64,000 bases of DNA from the human T2T-CHM13v2.0 reference genome, Homo sapiens. The notes below the pieces were generated by a model. That model saw nothing but the letters and a program-made list of their open reading frames with translations, did no database searches and had not been told where the DNA came from. Where the stretch lies: assembly GCF_009914755.1 (NCBI RefSeq), contig NC_060931.1; one strand, given 5' to 3'. Position 1 is the stretch's first letter. Each line of letters begins with the position of its first letter. This document shows positions 51,349-64,000 of the stretch, piece by piece. A program made the position numbers and the translations under genes.

Positions 51349-52310
51349 TATTTTCATATGATATATCAAATAAATTGCAATCAATAAATATATCCAATAC
51401 ACGAAAATATGAATTTATAAGGAAATAAAGTTATAGCAAGTATCGTAAATCTAGTTCAATATTAGATAACTTTCAGAAACAGCTACTGCACAAAGAAGAG
51501 AACACTGATACCCATACATATTTTATGTAGGAATATTATAAAACCTTGCCAGAATTACTTTACTAACATAATCATTAATAATACTAGAAATAGAACCAAG
51601 GTGGACTGCATTTATGTGACTCTCTATGTGCTGTAGAATGTCATTGTCTTTGTCCATTTATTTATGCCTTTCCTGTTTCCATTTATAAAGCACTGTATTT
51701 GTTCTGAAGCAAGTAGGGTCCTAGGTCAGAGAGTGTGTAGATGATGAACTGGAACCTGACAACTGGGGACCTGAAGTGGCTTCTGATACAGCACAAATTC
51801 CAAAGTAGTATAACTTTGGGAAGTAAGAAAAATAAAAGACAATACAAAACAATTGAAAGAGTCACATAATAGCTTTTTAAACCTAACTCATCATTAGATA
51901 GATAATATTTAATAAACCTAATTTCTTTTTGTGTGTGGCTTTGCTTTTTTGTATATAGTTTAGCATTTTATTGCTACACATTTACTAATGTTATGACATT
52001 ACATATTTTTCTGAGAAAAATATCCAGTTGTTATATAGATGTTCATCACTTCAGAGAAAAATCATTGACCATATCGTAAAAAAAAGATAGGTGTAAGTTG
52101 TTTCCCAAAACCCAAACTGAGCCTGCATTCTACCCTATATACATAATCAGGAATGCAGAATTTAAGTGTTCATATTTATGTGTTATTAAAAATTGTTTTA
52201 GATGCATTTACCTCAAGAGCATTGGTAACTTTTTAACAATAGTGAATTGGTTGAATAAATTATTTTAAATTCACAAAATGGTTTTAGTTTTCAAAACCAG
52301 CAAAGATTTA

Positions 52311-52661
<351 letters not shown>

Positions 52662-55297
52662 CTAAAGAAAGAGGTAACAAAATATTACACATAATACAAT
52701 TCTTATTTTCCAAAAGGTAATTATATTCTGTAAGTATTTTTTGCCCAAGGGAAGCAACTTCAAGTTTTATTGGTAATAATATGATAGACAATAAAAATAA
52801 GACATGGTAAATTTATTTCTGGCTACATTCTGCCAAATGCTTTATTTTCTTTTTAATTTGATATAATGTGAGGAACAAAAGAAAGCCTTTTTGGCATTAC
52901 ATGGACAAATAAAAATAAATTAATGGGGTAGAGTAATACATAGAACTGTCATTTGTAATTTCAGTTATACCTGGGGAAGATTCGATTATCCTCAGAGAGA
53001 AGTAAGATCTCCGAAAAGTTAGTCAAAATTAGAGGTTAAAATGATAAAGAAACAAAGCATGCCAAAATTTTGAGCAAATGGGTTCTGTGATACATAACTA
53101 TAAGGTTTGGTTTGATTGAATATTTCTAGTAAAAAGTCTTTTTAAGTATGTAAAAACAATTTTTATTTAAATGACTTTTCCCACTCAATTTTAAGAAATG
53201 AAAAGGAGAAAACAAGTAATTTCTTATGAGGTTTAACAGTAAACTATTCAAAAAATGATAAAATTCAAAAGTCAAATCCGTCATTTTTGTATTTACAGAG
53301 ATAAGAGCATAGTTGGTAGTTTCGTGTGGTTTATTTACTTTATAGTTCTATCCAGAATCCAATCACATTTGTTATGCTGAACACATTTTTATTTTTTCTT
53401 GAGGAGTTTGAAAAACATATAGCTTATTTGGAAGCATATTCCAACCAGGAGAAAGTGTTGTTTTCCTTTCTTTTTAAATTCAAGGACATAAGGACAAGTT
53501 TTTAGAATCTATTAGTAAGAGGATCCAATACTCTTCAACTCTCCCCACTTAATCTTCTCATTGTCTAAAGTTTGAATATGAAGCCATGATCCTAATTATT
53601 CAGATACTGAATAGGACACGTAAGAGCACAAGGATGAAAATTTTATAGGGCATAGATGTCTATGTTCTGAACAAGAATATGGTAAATTACGCTAAGCTGC
53701 TAGAAGAGTACAAGCATAGAAAAACATTCTATTCATTATAGAATAATTCTAATACATTTTTGTAATAAATGAACTAATAGTTTCTGTCATTATTAGAATT
53801 CAAATATAAATGTAATCATGGTGATTTTTGAAAAATCTTACTGGCACATGTTGATAAAATTTTACTTTAGAGCAGAACAGGATGTCTGCTGTATTACTCT
53901 TGTTAATTTCTTACCTTTTTGTAATGCTAAATTAATGATCAACATTAACAAAATGTTTATAAACAACTTAAGTATCTTTTCTTGAGTATATTTTCCTACT
54001 CTAACAAAAGCTAAGGTTTAATTTAAAAATATCTTCCACTAAGTAACAGTCACAATAGAATTTTACTATACTATTGTGAATACTTTGGGGGTACTTGCTC
54101 AAAATAAATCCCTTGGAGCAACTCCAAGGATTACTCTTTGATTATGTTTTAGATCACCTTTCTTTGTTCTTAAGAGTATATTTTGGTTTTGATATGTATT
54201 ATGTTACTCACAATCTTTCTACTTCTGTTCAGAGTTCGAAAATCAGCAGTCAATATTTTTCAGTGGAGATGTTTACTAGAGTCCAATGTCAAGATCAAAC
54301 GTTCTCATAATCTTAAATGACATTACCTTTCCTGTCACTAGTTAGCTACACCTAAGTTTGCAGTTCTCACCAATGACTCACATGATTTTAAGGCAAATTT
54401 CTCATGAAGAAGATGATTTAAAAGTGAATCCAAAAGTTTAGATGATACAAATTGTTCTGAAATTAATTCTGAGTGATATCCTACCACTCCTCATTCAATA
54501 ATCCCCTTTGGATGCAGAATGCATTATTTAAGTTACTACCTTTCCTCTTTCTTTTTGCTCTTTTTCATTGGCCAGATTTTCTGTCTGTCTTATCCACTTC
54601 TGTATCAGCCAATGGCATCTAGGCTGCAAAGGTTGCCTTTCTACCCGCATTTACTCTAAATTGTCTTATTTTCCATTTGGCACCTTATAGTCGTTAATTT
54701 ATTTGAACAAATTACTTAAGAAACAATATATGTGAATAATATTCAAATTAAGTTTTTCTTCTTTTTCGTTAGAAAATATAAATTAAACTATTGGAGAATT
54801 TTAAATGCATGTGAAGCCTTATAGTGCACTCACTATATGGAATTTTAATACTAATATGTTCTAAAGTTTAGTCAAAAGTCACCAACTTGTTGACATATGA
54901 TTACAGAATGAGCAAGAGGTCTTAACTTTAGTGAAACATTGTTGAATATACCAAAATAAGCAACATTTGATCCACGTTCAATGTGTACGTACGTGTAACA
55001 TGTAAATATGTCTGTATACACCTCCCCACACATGTGTGTGAACTGGGTTATCCCTTTATATCTCAACTCAGAAGAAAAAAATACAGTGTAAAGCTTAACT
55101 ACAGGAACAGTCTCTTGCAGTGTCAAATAAGGTATAATTATTTAAAAGGCAAAATATACTTCACAGTGCACCTTATAATCATTTTAGTGGCATGCTTGTT
55201 TATATGTGAGAAAGACTGGATTAGTGAGACAAGACCTATCTGAGTTATCAATCTAATTAAATTACATCTGGCAAATGTACAAGGATTGTGTATATCC

Positions 55298-55611
55298 CAA
55301 GTCTAACCTTGTTATCCAGGAGAGATTGCTTCTAGGACCCCTGCAGATAACAAAATCTGTGAGTGCTCAGGTCCCTGATATAATATGGTATGGTATCTGC
55401 ATACAACTACCCCATCCTCCCATAATCATCTTTAGATTACATATTATACCTAATGCAAGGTAAATACGATGTAAACAGTTATGTTGCATTGTTTTCTTAT
55501 TTGTATTTTTATTGCTATAGCGATATTTTCATTGTTTTTTTCCCCCCCAAATATTTTCTGTCCATAGTTGGTTGAATCCATGGATGTGGAACCTGGACAG
55601 AGGGCTGACTG
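55298..55611. mobile_element. MER2 (TcMar-Tigger) relic
   Basis: ggacccc..agata.caaaatctgtg.gtgctcaggtccctgatata...gttggttgaatccatggatgtggaacc..agagggctgactg. Confidence 0.85.
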
Positions 55612-56077
55612 CAAGTTATATCTAAGAAGTTATACACATAACTTATTAGTTATACATCCATTGTAACTTTTCTTATTAAATATAAACAGGAAGCGAAAGA
55701 CTGTCAAAGTGGGTATTATTTAAATATACAAGTTACCACTAGCTTCATCAGCAAAAACTTCTCCTTGCGCTCCACCAGTGACACACATATGCTCTCAGCA
55801 TGCATCTTAAGCTCCTACCCCTGAATAATATGTTCTGTAGTGTTAACTTGAGTTTCTGTAATTATGTCACTATAATACAGCACATTGCATATACATGAAA
55901 TATCATACCTTTATAACTATGTCCACTTTATTACTGGATCTAAATATCTTTTACACAGAATACACACAATTTTTCTAGAACTTTCATTTTCCTGCCCAGA
56001 AGATATCAAACAAAATATAGCTTAAGTGAACCCTTGTTTGAAAATAAAACCCTCAACTATTTTGAAGGAAAAAATCC

Positions 56078-56265
56078 AGAACTAGCTCATATGACTGCCA
56101 TTTACATTTAGCTTGTCAGAACTTAATAACATGGCTATGCCTGGCTGCTGAGAAGGCTGGAAACAGCCATACACAAGGAGAACTTGTGCCTAGGCAAAAC
56201 TCTGTTCTTATGGAAAAAAGATTGAGTTTCGGGAAGACGAGTTGTATTTTATAGTCTTTTCTACC
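56078..56265 (-). mobile_element. Old MLT1 LTR fragment
   Basis: ttgtcagaacttaataacatggcta.gcctggctgctgagaaggctggaaa. Confidence 0.5.
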
Positions 56266-56309
56266 TTCACAGACTATTTGGTTACTCCTGGTTACTTTTC
56301 TTTGTGTAA

Positions 56310-56627
<318 letters not shown>

Positions 56628-58324
56628 CATTTGTACACAACTTTTAAAGCATAAATCCCATCATTTCGTAAAGATGAATATCTTGAATGCATAAATTCCT
56701 TATATGTCTCTGAGTACCCCATGCAAAAAATTAAAAACTAGGGACTTAGTAAATGTTGGTCGAATAAGTGACTTTTCTGAGTTTAGAATCATCCAAGTCA
56801 TCACCAATCCATGTTTACCCCCAACGTAAGCAAAACATAGCAAATAAATAGATGAATGCTGAAAAGGGAGAACTTTTAACTTATAATCTGCCATAAGAGA
56901 AAGGTCACTCAGTTATTCTGAACGCTTGGCCTTCAAAGCCAATAACTTATGTAGATAAACAGAAACAAAAATAAAACCATATACAGTTTCAAAGGACATG
57001 ATGTTTTCATTTGCAGACTCATTAATGCTTTATAAATAGCCAAACTATGAATGTCTAGTTCAAGACAACATTAAAGGTTTTGAGGAAAGAAAAATGTTCT
57101 TGATATACAGAGTTTTCTCTGCCATATACCGGTATTTTTGTAGGATCCTCCTTCACTGTACAACTGTAGCTCAGTTGGCTTATGCATTGGTTTCCAGCCG
57201 TTCTTCATTGAGCTCTTTTCATTCCAGCCCATAGTTATTTTCAGGCTCAACTGGAAATGAGTGCAGTGATCACCTGATGATACTAATTCCATCTAGACTT
57301 CTTTGTATTCTGAGACTGAACACACATTATTTTTGGCTTGACACTTTTTTGTATTGATCCTAAGAATTCTGTGCAAGGCTCACCTTTTCTGTCTAGCCTC
57401 AGGAGTCTGTCAGGATGATACAGCCATTGAAATGCAGGTTTGATGATAGGGCAGACAAAAGTCAGAAGCATTTGTATAGTGCATTATTTACCTCAGGAGT
57501 CATTGTACTTGGATTTCAACTTGAAAGAACACACTAGAATATTTCAGGATATGGAAACATTTTGCTATAATAAAAATCATATTTATTTTTATTTTTCTCC
57601 CACACCATTTTATGAGGTTCACTCTTAAGTGGTCTGCTTTATATAATTATGTAGGAGTGATGCATCCCAGGTTAATCATTTATCTTGCCCATGCATTTCT
57701 CCTCTCTGCCCTTCTTGCCTCTTCCCCCTCAATGGTGCTTCGGAGCACAGGATTACCTTGGAACTCAACAGACATTTTTTTTGTCTGTCTGACAACCACA
57801 GGTGTCCATGAACAGGCCCCAAAAAGGACCCAACAACAAAGAGTAAATACAATTACAAATATTCTTTGGTACTCAATTAGCAATGCTTCTTAAAAAGCCA
57901 AAAGAATTAGAATTATGACATCCCTTTCTTTTATATTTAGAAAACCAGAAATATTTGTGAGATCCAGTCTTCCTTTCTTAGTTTTTTAACCTAATAAACA
58001 CCATTCATCACATATGTATTCTACTCACAAATGTTGACAGTTCCACAAATTTCACTGTTATATGAAACATTTCATCACTCTTAGCCCCTCTTTATTGTCT
58101 TAACCTTCTTTATGTTAAAGCTACTTTCCAGAAGTTTCCTTGAAAGAAATGGAGGGGAAAAATATCAAGGAATTATATTCTGTGCAACATTATTTTAACA
58201 GGTATCAACATTCCAAGTATGACAATAGTTAAAGGATGTTTCTGTCCTCACCAACTTCAGTTCTTTATTCAGTGCAATTATTCCAGTGATGGGACCACTC
58301 TAACAAAATTAACTAAATCATCAT

Positions 58325-58562
58325 GAGCATCATCACTTGCTTAATTTTTCTTCAGGATATTTATCACTGTCTAACATACTATGTAGCTGATTTGTTATTT
58401 TGTTTATCTGTCTTCCCCCACTAAAATATAAGCTCCTTGAAAACAAACACTTCTAATCTGTTTGGATTACCACTAAATTCCCAGCAGCTAGAACAGTGTC
58501 AGCCACATGGTAGACTCTCAATAAATATTTGTTTGAATAACTGAGTGACACAGTGAATGAAT
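58325..58562 (+). mobile_element. L2a 3' end
   Basis: tttatctgtcttcccccactaaaatataagctcc...ctagaacagtg...ctcaataaatatttgtttgaa. Confidence 0.85.
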
Positions 58563-59559
58563 ATGCATATGATATATATTTAAAATGACACATTAGTTAT
58601 GAGGTTTTCCAAATTACCATAAAAATATTTTGGTATAAATCAAAATTTATGTAACTTTGTTTTGCCCGTTAAAGGAGGTAAAGACGATGGCTTGAAAACA
58701 TAGTCAAAAATATGAAGATTAAAATTACTGTTTTTAAAAAATAAATAAGTTAAAGAGTATTTTTAATCATTATTTTTACATTGGAGTGACTATATTTATT
58801 GCCTATATGTCATCTCATAAACGAAATAGGGACTTTTACATAAATTTTAAGCACATGGTATTCCTCATAGCTCTACCCCTGTGTCTTCTCATTATGGAAG
58901 CTATTAAGAAAGCAGCATGAAATCCAAACTGTATTTTATAAATTGGTTAGGAAAATAATTATTTAAAATGTTCTTTTGTGAATGACAGAACTGGGGAAAA
59001 TGTGATTTGCAGAATGTTGGACTAAATGGCTATCCTCTCTTAACTTTTTTTCTTCCACAATTGAGAAGTAAGTGGTGAAATTTTGTTTCAGTTTTATCAT
59101 AGAAAAATAAATCTCAACTGAATCAATGCCCTGTCCCTTCTTAGTAGGATGCTGGCGATAATACATTAGTATTTTAAAAAATATATTATTGCTACCACTA
59201 ATGAAGATTTTACAGTGTCTCTAGGTCATCATTCCAAACAAACACAAATCAACATAAATTTATATAATCAAAGGAAGATTCTTAGGGCAAAACTCTGATA
59301 CAATTTTGTAAATGGCTGTTGTCTCTTTTCCATAAAAACAGATTTTTGTAAATGTGTTTATACTTTTAAAGTTCTGATAGAATAAATTGATCTATTGAGT
59401 CAATTCTTGTTTGAATGTTTACTAATTCTTGCTGAGAAAAATAAATGGAAGTTTAGAGCATCTAGCATCTATTTTAGATTTCTGGTGATGTAGAAAATTT
59501 TATGATAGTATAGAAATTAACTCCTCCTCCCAAGGAACCTTTTTTTATATAATTGAATA

Positions 59560-59610
59560 AAATCCAAGTTTTAAGTTCAACTATAAATCCATAGTTTTAA
59601 GTTCAACTAT
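59560..59610. repeat. 25/26-bp tandem duplication
   Basis: aaatcca(t)agttttaagttcaactat twice. Confidence 0.88.
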
Positions 59611-60213
59611 GTAGTGTTGTCTATATTCATTGAGTTGTACCTGCTTATGCAAATGAAAGTTTAGTAGGAGATATTTGGGTCCAACAGTATCTGCATTAAT
59701 TCATAGCTCTCTATTCAGCAACAGCATGGGGTATTGTACAAAGTAGATGCCAACAACTATATGCTCAATGAATATATGTGTGAATTAGTTTCTTCTTAGC
59801 AAACCAGAAGCCTAGGGCTCTGACTTAGACTGGAGTGAGAGAGGAATAAATAATAGAGATGGAGGTGGAACCCATTTGTGGTTCTTTCAGGGAAAGAACA
59901 AAAGGGAATGAGAATCTCAAATACAGTTGGAAAACTTTAAATCCATGGGGGCAAATTGAGAGCCAGACTCACACCTCAATGAGGGTTCTGCAAGAGAAAC
60001 CAATCCAGATGAACTAGAACCGAGCTCCCCATGTGGGCATCCATGGGCTATGTGTATTCTCTACAAAACTTCTGTTTTGGACTGAGTGGTACATTTTTGT
60101 TGATAATCTCAAATAAATTAATATAATCCTGCTGTGGATTACTTAAATGGTTATATGTTATACATAATAACTGAAAATTTTATAATATGTTATATTCTTT
60201 ACTTTATATCATT

Positions 60214-60263
60214 TATATATACATGTATATATATATATATATACACACACATACATACATATA
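60214..60263. repeat. (TA)n/(CA)/(TACA) simple repeat
   Basis: Read directly from the sequence. Confidence 0.9.
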
Positions 60264-60579
60264 GTAAACTGGTAGATTTTATTTCCTAATTTAGCATTTG
60301 CATGTATAAATATTTTGATGCATATACATTTTGTTGCCATGCTGGTCTACTTTAATTGTCTAAGACTATAGAGAAAAGAAGTAGACAACACATACATAAT
60401 TCAGTTCCACTAAACACAGGCCAACTGATTTTAATCCACAAAGAAGATAGTACATTGCCAAATAGGGGAAAAAAAAGATGAGAAAATGATATTCATATAG
60501 CGCTTTTGGTAGGATAGGCTTACTGAAGCCAAAAGGTCCATAATTTAGCAATTATTTACATTTCAAGTTGCTAAAACAT

Positions 60580-60975
60580 TTCTTTTTATTATTTATATGC
60601 CTAAGATATACATGATATTTTGATACACATAGTGAAATGATTATTACACTCAAGCAAGTTAACCTATCCATCATCTTACATAGTTATGTTGTATGTGTAT
60701 GTGTGTGTGGCAAAAGTCCCTAAAATCCACTCTCTTAGGAAATTTCTAGTATATAGTACAATATTATTAACTATGGTCCTCATACCATACGTTAGATTTT
60801 TAGGTTTCTTTATCTTATACATCTGCAACTTTATTCCCTTTGACCTCCATCTTCCCATTTCAATCCTGCCATCCTCTCCCTACTCCTAGTAACTACCCAC
60901 CTTTCTATTCTGTTTCTATATATTTAAGGTTTTTGGTTTGTTTGTTTGTTTGTTTTAGATTCTGTATATAATCAT
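60580..60975 (-). mobile_element. L1MA8/9-type 3' end
   Basis: catagtgaaatgatta...tatccatcatcttacatagtta...aaaatccactctcttaggaaattt.tagtata...tattaactat.gtcc. Confidence 0.85.
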
Positions 60976-61434
60976 TTACATTAACTTATTAGTTTTACTC
61001 ATGTTAACCTAATTTTTGTTGATATTACAGTATTGTTATATTTATATTCTACCATTTTAGTTATTTTAGGTTTGTGATAATTTTCAGCAAAAGAAGTTTT
61101 TAACATAGATTGACATTGAAGGATGGTTATGAATATAGAAACAACTAAAGTGTATCCTGGGTTGTTGAATAATTTTTTAAACCTTTTTATAGATCCCCAG
61201 ACATTCTCAAATTTCTGTTCAATAAATGGAGTCATAAGAAACTCCCTTGATCACCTATTAATGAGAGAGAGCTGGTTTGGACACTATAAACTTATGTTCA
61301 CCATAAACTTATGTTCATGGTCTTTATTGGATAATGGATAGAAATGATTATTTCCTCTTAGAATGTTTTAAGTTTACATTAATTAATGAGGGGAAAATCA
61401 ACACGTTAGTAATTCCTTGAATTAAATACTCTAT

Positions 61435-61671
61435 TTTTTACTACCAGGTTCCATAAATATAGTATGTACTAGCTACTAATGGAAACATGAAAATAAATAA
61501 GACACAATCAGAATTTCAAAAATAATATATTCTTTGTTCATAAGGATAAAATTTTTACTACCTGGTTCCATAAATATAGTATGTACTAGCTACTAATGGA
61601 AACATAAAAATAATTAAGACACAATCAGAATTTCAAAAATAATATATTCTTTGTTCATAGGGATAAAATTT
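61435..61671. repeat. 117-bp tandem duplication, 2 copies, 4 mismatches
   Basis: ctacc.ggttccataaatatagtatgtactagc...ggataaaattt starts at 61441 and again at 61558. Confidence 0.97.
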
Positions 61672-61694
61672 GCAATGACGATGAAGGTGATTAT

Positions 61695-61935
61695 GGTGAT
61701 TTCCATCATTTACGGAGGATTTACCACATGCCAGTACTTATGGTCAGCACTTACATATGTTATCTAAGTTTAATCCTCACAGTACCCTTATGAGATACCT
61801 TAATTATTTTCCCTATATTACAGATAAGTAAACCAAGTCTTAGACAGCTGAGGGGATTGAGCCAAATCACACAATTCTTGCAAAGTGGAATGAGATGGGA
61901 TTCAGTTCAATTCCTATGCTATATACTTCTCCCAT
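61695..61935 (-). mobile_element. MIR
   Basis: accacatgccag.act...tttaatcctcacagtacccttatgag...tacagataagtaaacc. Confidence 0.75.
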
Positions 61936-62239
61936 CAAAAGTTATGTTAAAGCATTTCAATGTTTAAGATTCATTACTAAGTAACATAGCCCAAATAAAT
62001 AATTGTGATTTTTTGTTTCCTTCATTTTGTTTATCAAAAAATAAGTTTATCTTTGTTCATCATTTTTTACTTGCTCAATAATAGATATATAATTTGTCAT
62101 TCCCTGGTTAATTTAAATTTAAAATTTGTATGAATTATAAATAAGATATGTTTCTTCCCTATGAATCCAAATGTCTGAAGTCATACTTAGTCAAAAACTT
62201 GGTTATGGCAAACAGAAAGTTTTTTTATTGCACTTTTAA

Positions 62240-63809
62240 ATTTTTTTAAATTTTACTTTAAGTTCTGGGATACATGTGCTGAATGGGGCAGGTTAGTTAC
62301 ATAGGTATATATGTGCCATGGTGGTTTGCTGCACCTATCAACACATCATCTAGGTTTTAAGCCCCGCATGATTAGGTATATGTCCTAAAGCTCTCCTTCC
62401 CCTTTGCCTCCACTGCCCAACAGGCCCTGGTATGTGATGTTCCCCTCCCTCTGTACATGTGCTCTCATTGTTCAACTCCCACTAATGAGTGAGAACATGC
62501 AGTGTTTGGTTTTCTGTTCCTGTGTTAGTTTCCTGAGGATGATGATTTCCAGCTTCTTCCATGTCCGTGCAAAGGACACGAACTCATTCTTTCTTATGGC
62601 TGCACAGATTCCTTGGAGTATATGTGCCACACTTGCTTTATCCAGTCTATCATTGATGGGAATTTGGGTTGGTTCCAAGTCTTGGCTGTTGTAAATAGTG
62701 CTGCAATAAACGTATGTGTGCATGTGTCTTTATAGCAGAATGATTTATAATCTTCTGGGTATATACCCAGTAAGGGGAGTGCTGGGTCAAATGGTATTTC
62801 TGGTTCTAGATCCTTGAGAAATTGCCACACTGTCTTCCACAATGGTTGAACTAATTTATACTCCCACCAACAGTGTGAAAGAGTCCCTATTTCTCCGCAA
62901 CCTCGTCAGCATCTGTTGTTTCCAGACTTTTGAATGATCACCATTCTAACTGGTGTGAGATGGTATCTCACTGTGGTTTTGATTTGAATTTCTCTAATGA
63001 CCAGTGATGATGAGCTTTTTTTTCATGTTTGTTGGCCACATAAATGTCTTCTTTTGAGAAGTGTCTGTTCATATCGTTTGCCCACTTTTTGATGTGGTTG
63101 TTTGTTTTTTTCTTGTAAATTTGTTTAAGTTTTTTGCAGATTCTGGATATTAGCCCTTTGTCAGATGGTTAGATTGTGAAAAGTTTCTCCCATTCTGTCG
63201 GTTGCCTGTACACTCTGATGGTAGTTTCTTTTGCTGAGAAGAAGCTCTTTAGTTTAATTAGATCTCATTTGTCAATTTTGGCTTTTGTTGCAATTGCTTT
63301 TGGTGTTTTATTCATGCAATCTTTGCCCGTGCGTATCCTGAATGATATTGCCTAGGTTTTCTTCTATGGTTTTTATAATTTTAGGTTTTACATTTAAGTC
63401 TTTAATCCATCTTGAGTTAATTTTTGTATAAGATGTAAGGAAGGGGTCCAGTTTCAATTTTCTGCATATGGCTAGCCAGTTTTCCCAGCACCCTTTAATG
63501 AATAGGAGATCTTTTCCACATTGCTTGTTTTTGTCAGGTTTGTTGAAGATCAGATGGTTGTAGATGTGTGGTGTTATTTCCGAGGCCTCTGTTCTGTCCC
63601 ATTGGTCTATGTATCTGTTTTGGTACCAGTATCATGCCGTTTTGGTTACTGTAACCTTGTAGTATAGTTTGAAGTCAGGTAACATGATGCCTCACACTTC
63701 TTTCTTTTTGTTTAGGATTGTCTTGGCTATGCAGGCTCTTTTTGATTCCATATAAAATTTAAAGTAGTTTTTTTTGTTTTTTTTTTTAGTTCTGTGATGA
63801 AGAAAGTTG
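62240..63809 (-). mobile_element. L1PA8-like LINE-1, 5'-truncated (3'UTR plus ORF2 C-terminus)
   Basis: tttaagttctgggatacatgtgc...ggttttaagccccgcatg 3'UTR. ORF 62594-62842 WKTVWQFLKDLEPEIPFDPALPLLGIYP is the L1 ORF2p C-terminus. Confidence 0.95.
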
Positions 63810-64000
63810 ATTTTACAAAAGTTCTTTGTTTATTATCTTCTTCTAAGAATAAAAACCTTACTTTTCTTTAAATTTAGACCTACTAATAGTTTTGAGATTT
63901 GTTATTTGAATGTTATGAATAATTTTGGCCTTATATTTACTTTTTCTCTAGACCATTTTATGTAAAAGTACGTTTTTCACGACCAAGCCTGTGTTAATGA

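Noticed and set aside
62404-62842. ORFs with L1 ORF2p similarity
   Set aside because: Fragments of a 5'-truncated, mutated L1PA8, not a gene.

Overview
AT-rich, CpG-poor primate genomic DNA (human or a close catarrhine, since AluY and L1PA8 are present). I found no recognisable protein-coding exon, RNA gene, CpG island or CRISPR array, and I cannot name the locus. The longer ORFs are mostly explained by Alu, L1, L2, LTR or microsatellite sequence, and the rest look like chance ORFs. The window holds 11 dimeric-type Alus plus one Alu monomer, 4 L1 fragments (all on the minus strand), many MIR and L2 relics, MaLR/ERV1 solo LTRs (THE1D, MLT1, MER31) and DNA-transposon relics (Charlie1, Tigger4, Tigger3, MER2). 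The L1 and LTR orientation bias fits a long intron of a gene transcribed on the + strand (inference). The most interesting signals are splicing-related: (i) a textbook recursive-splice-site motif, a polypyrimidine tract plus TAG|GTAAGT at 29654/29655; (ii) a 52-nt candidate cryptic exon made almost entirely of a (TG)n repeat between a 3' splice site and a perfect CAG|GTGAGT donor (10869-10920), the layout of TDP-43-repressed exons; (iii) an inverted Alu pair only about 60 bp apart. Other structural oddities are a trimeric Alu, an L2 retaining both endonuclease and RT motifs, a nested palindrome and tandem duplications. Repeat subfamily names come from recalled consensus sequences, not from a database search, and boundaries of old elements are approximate.
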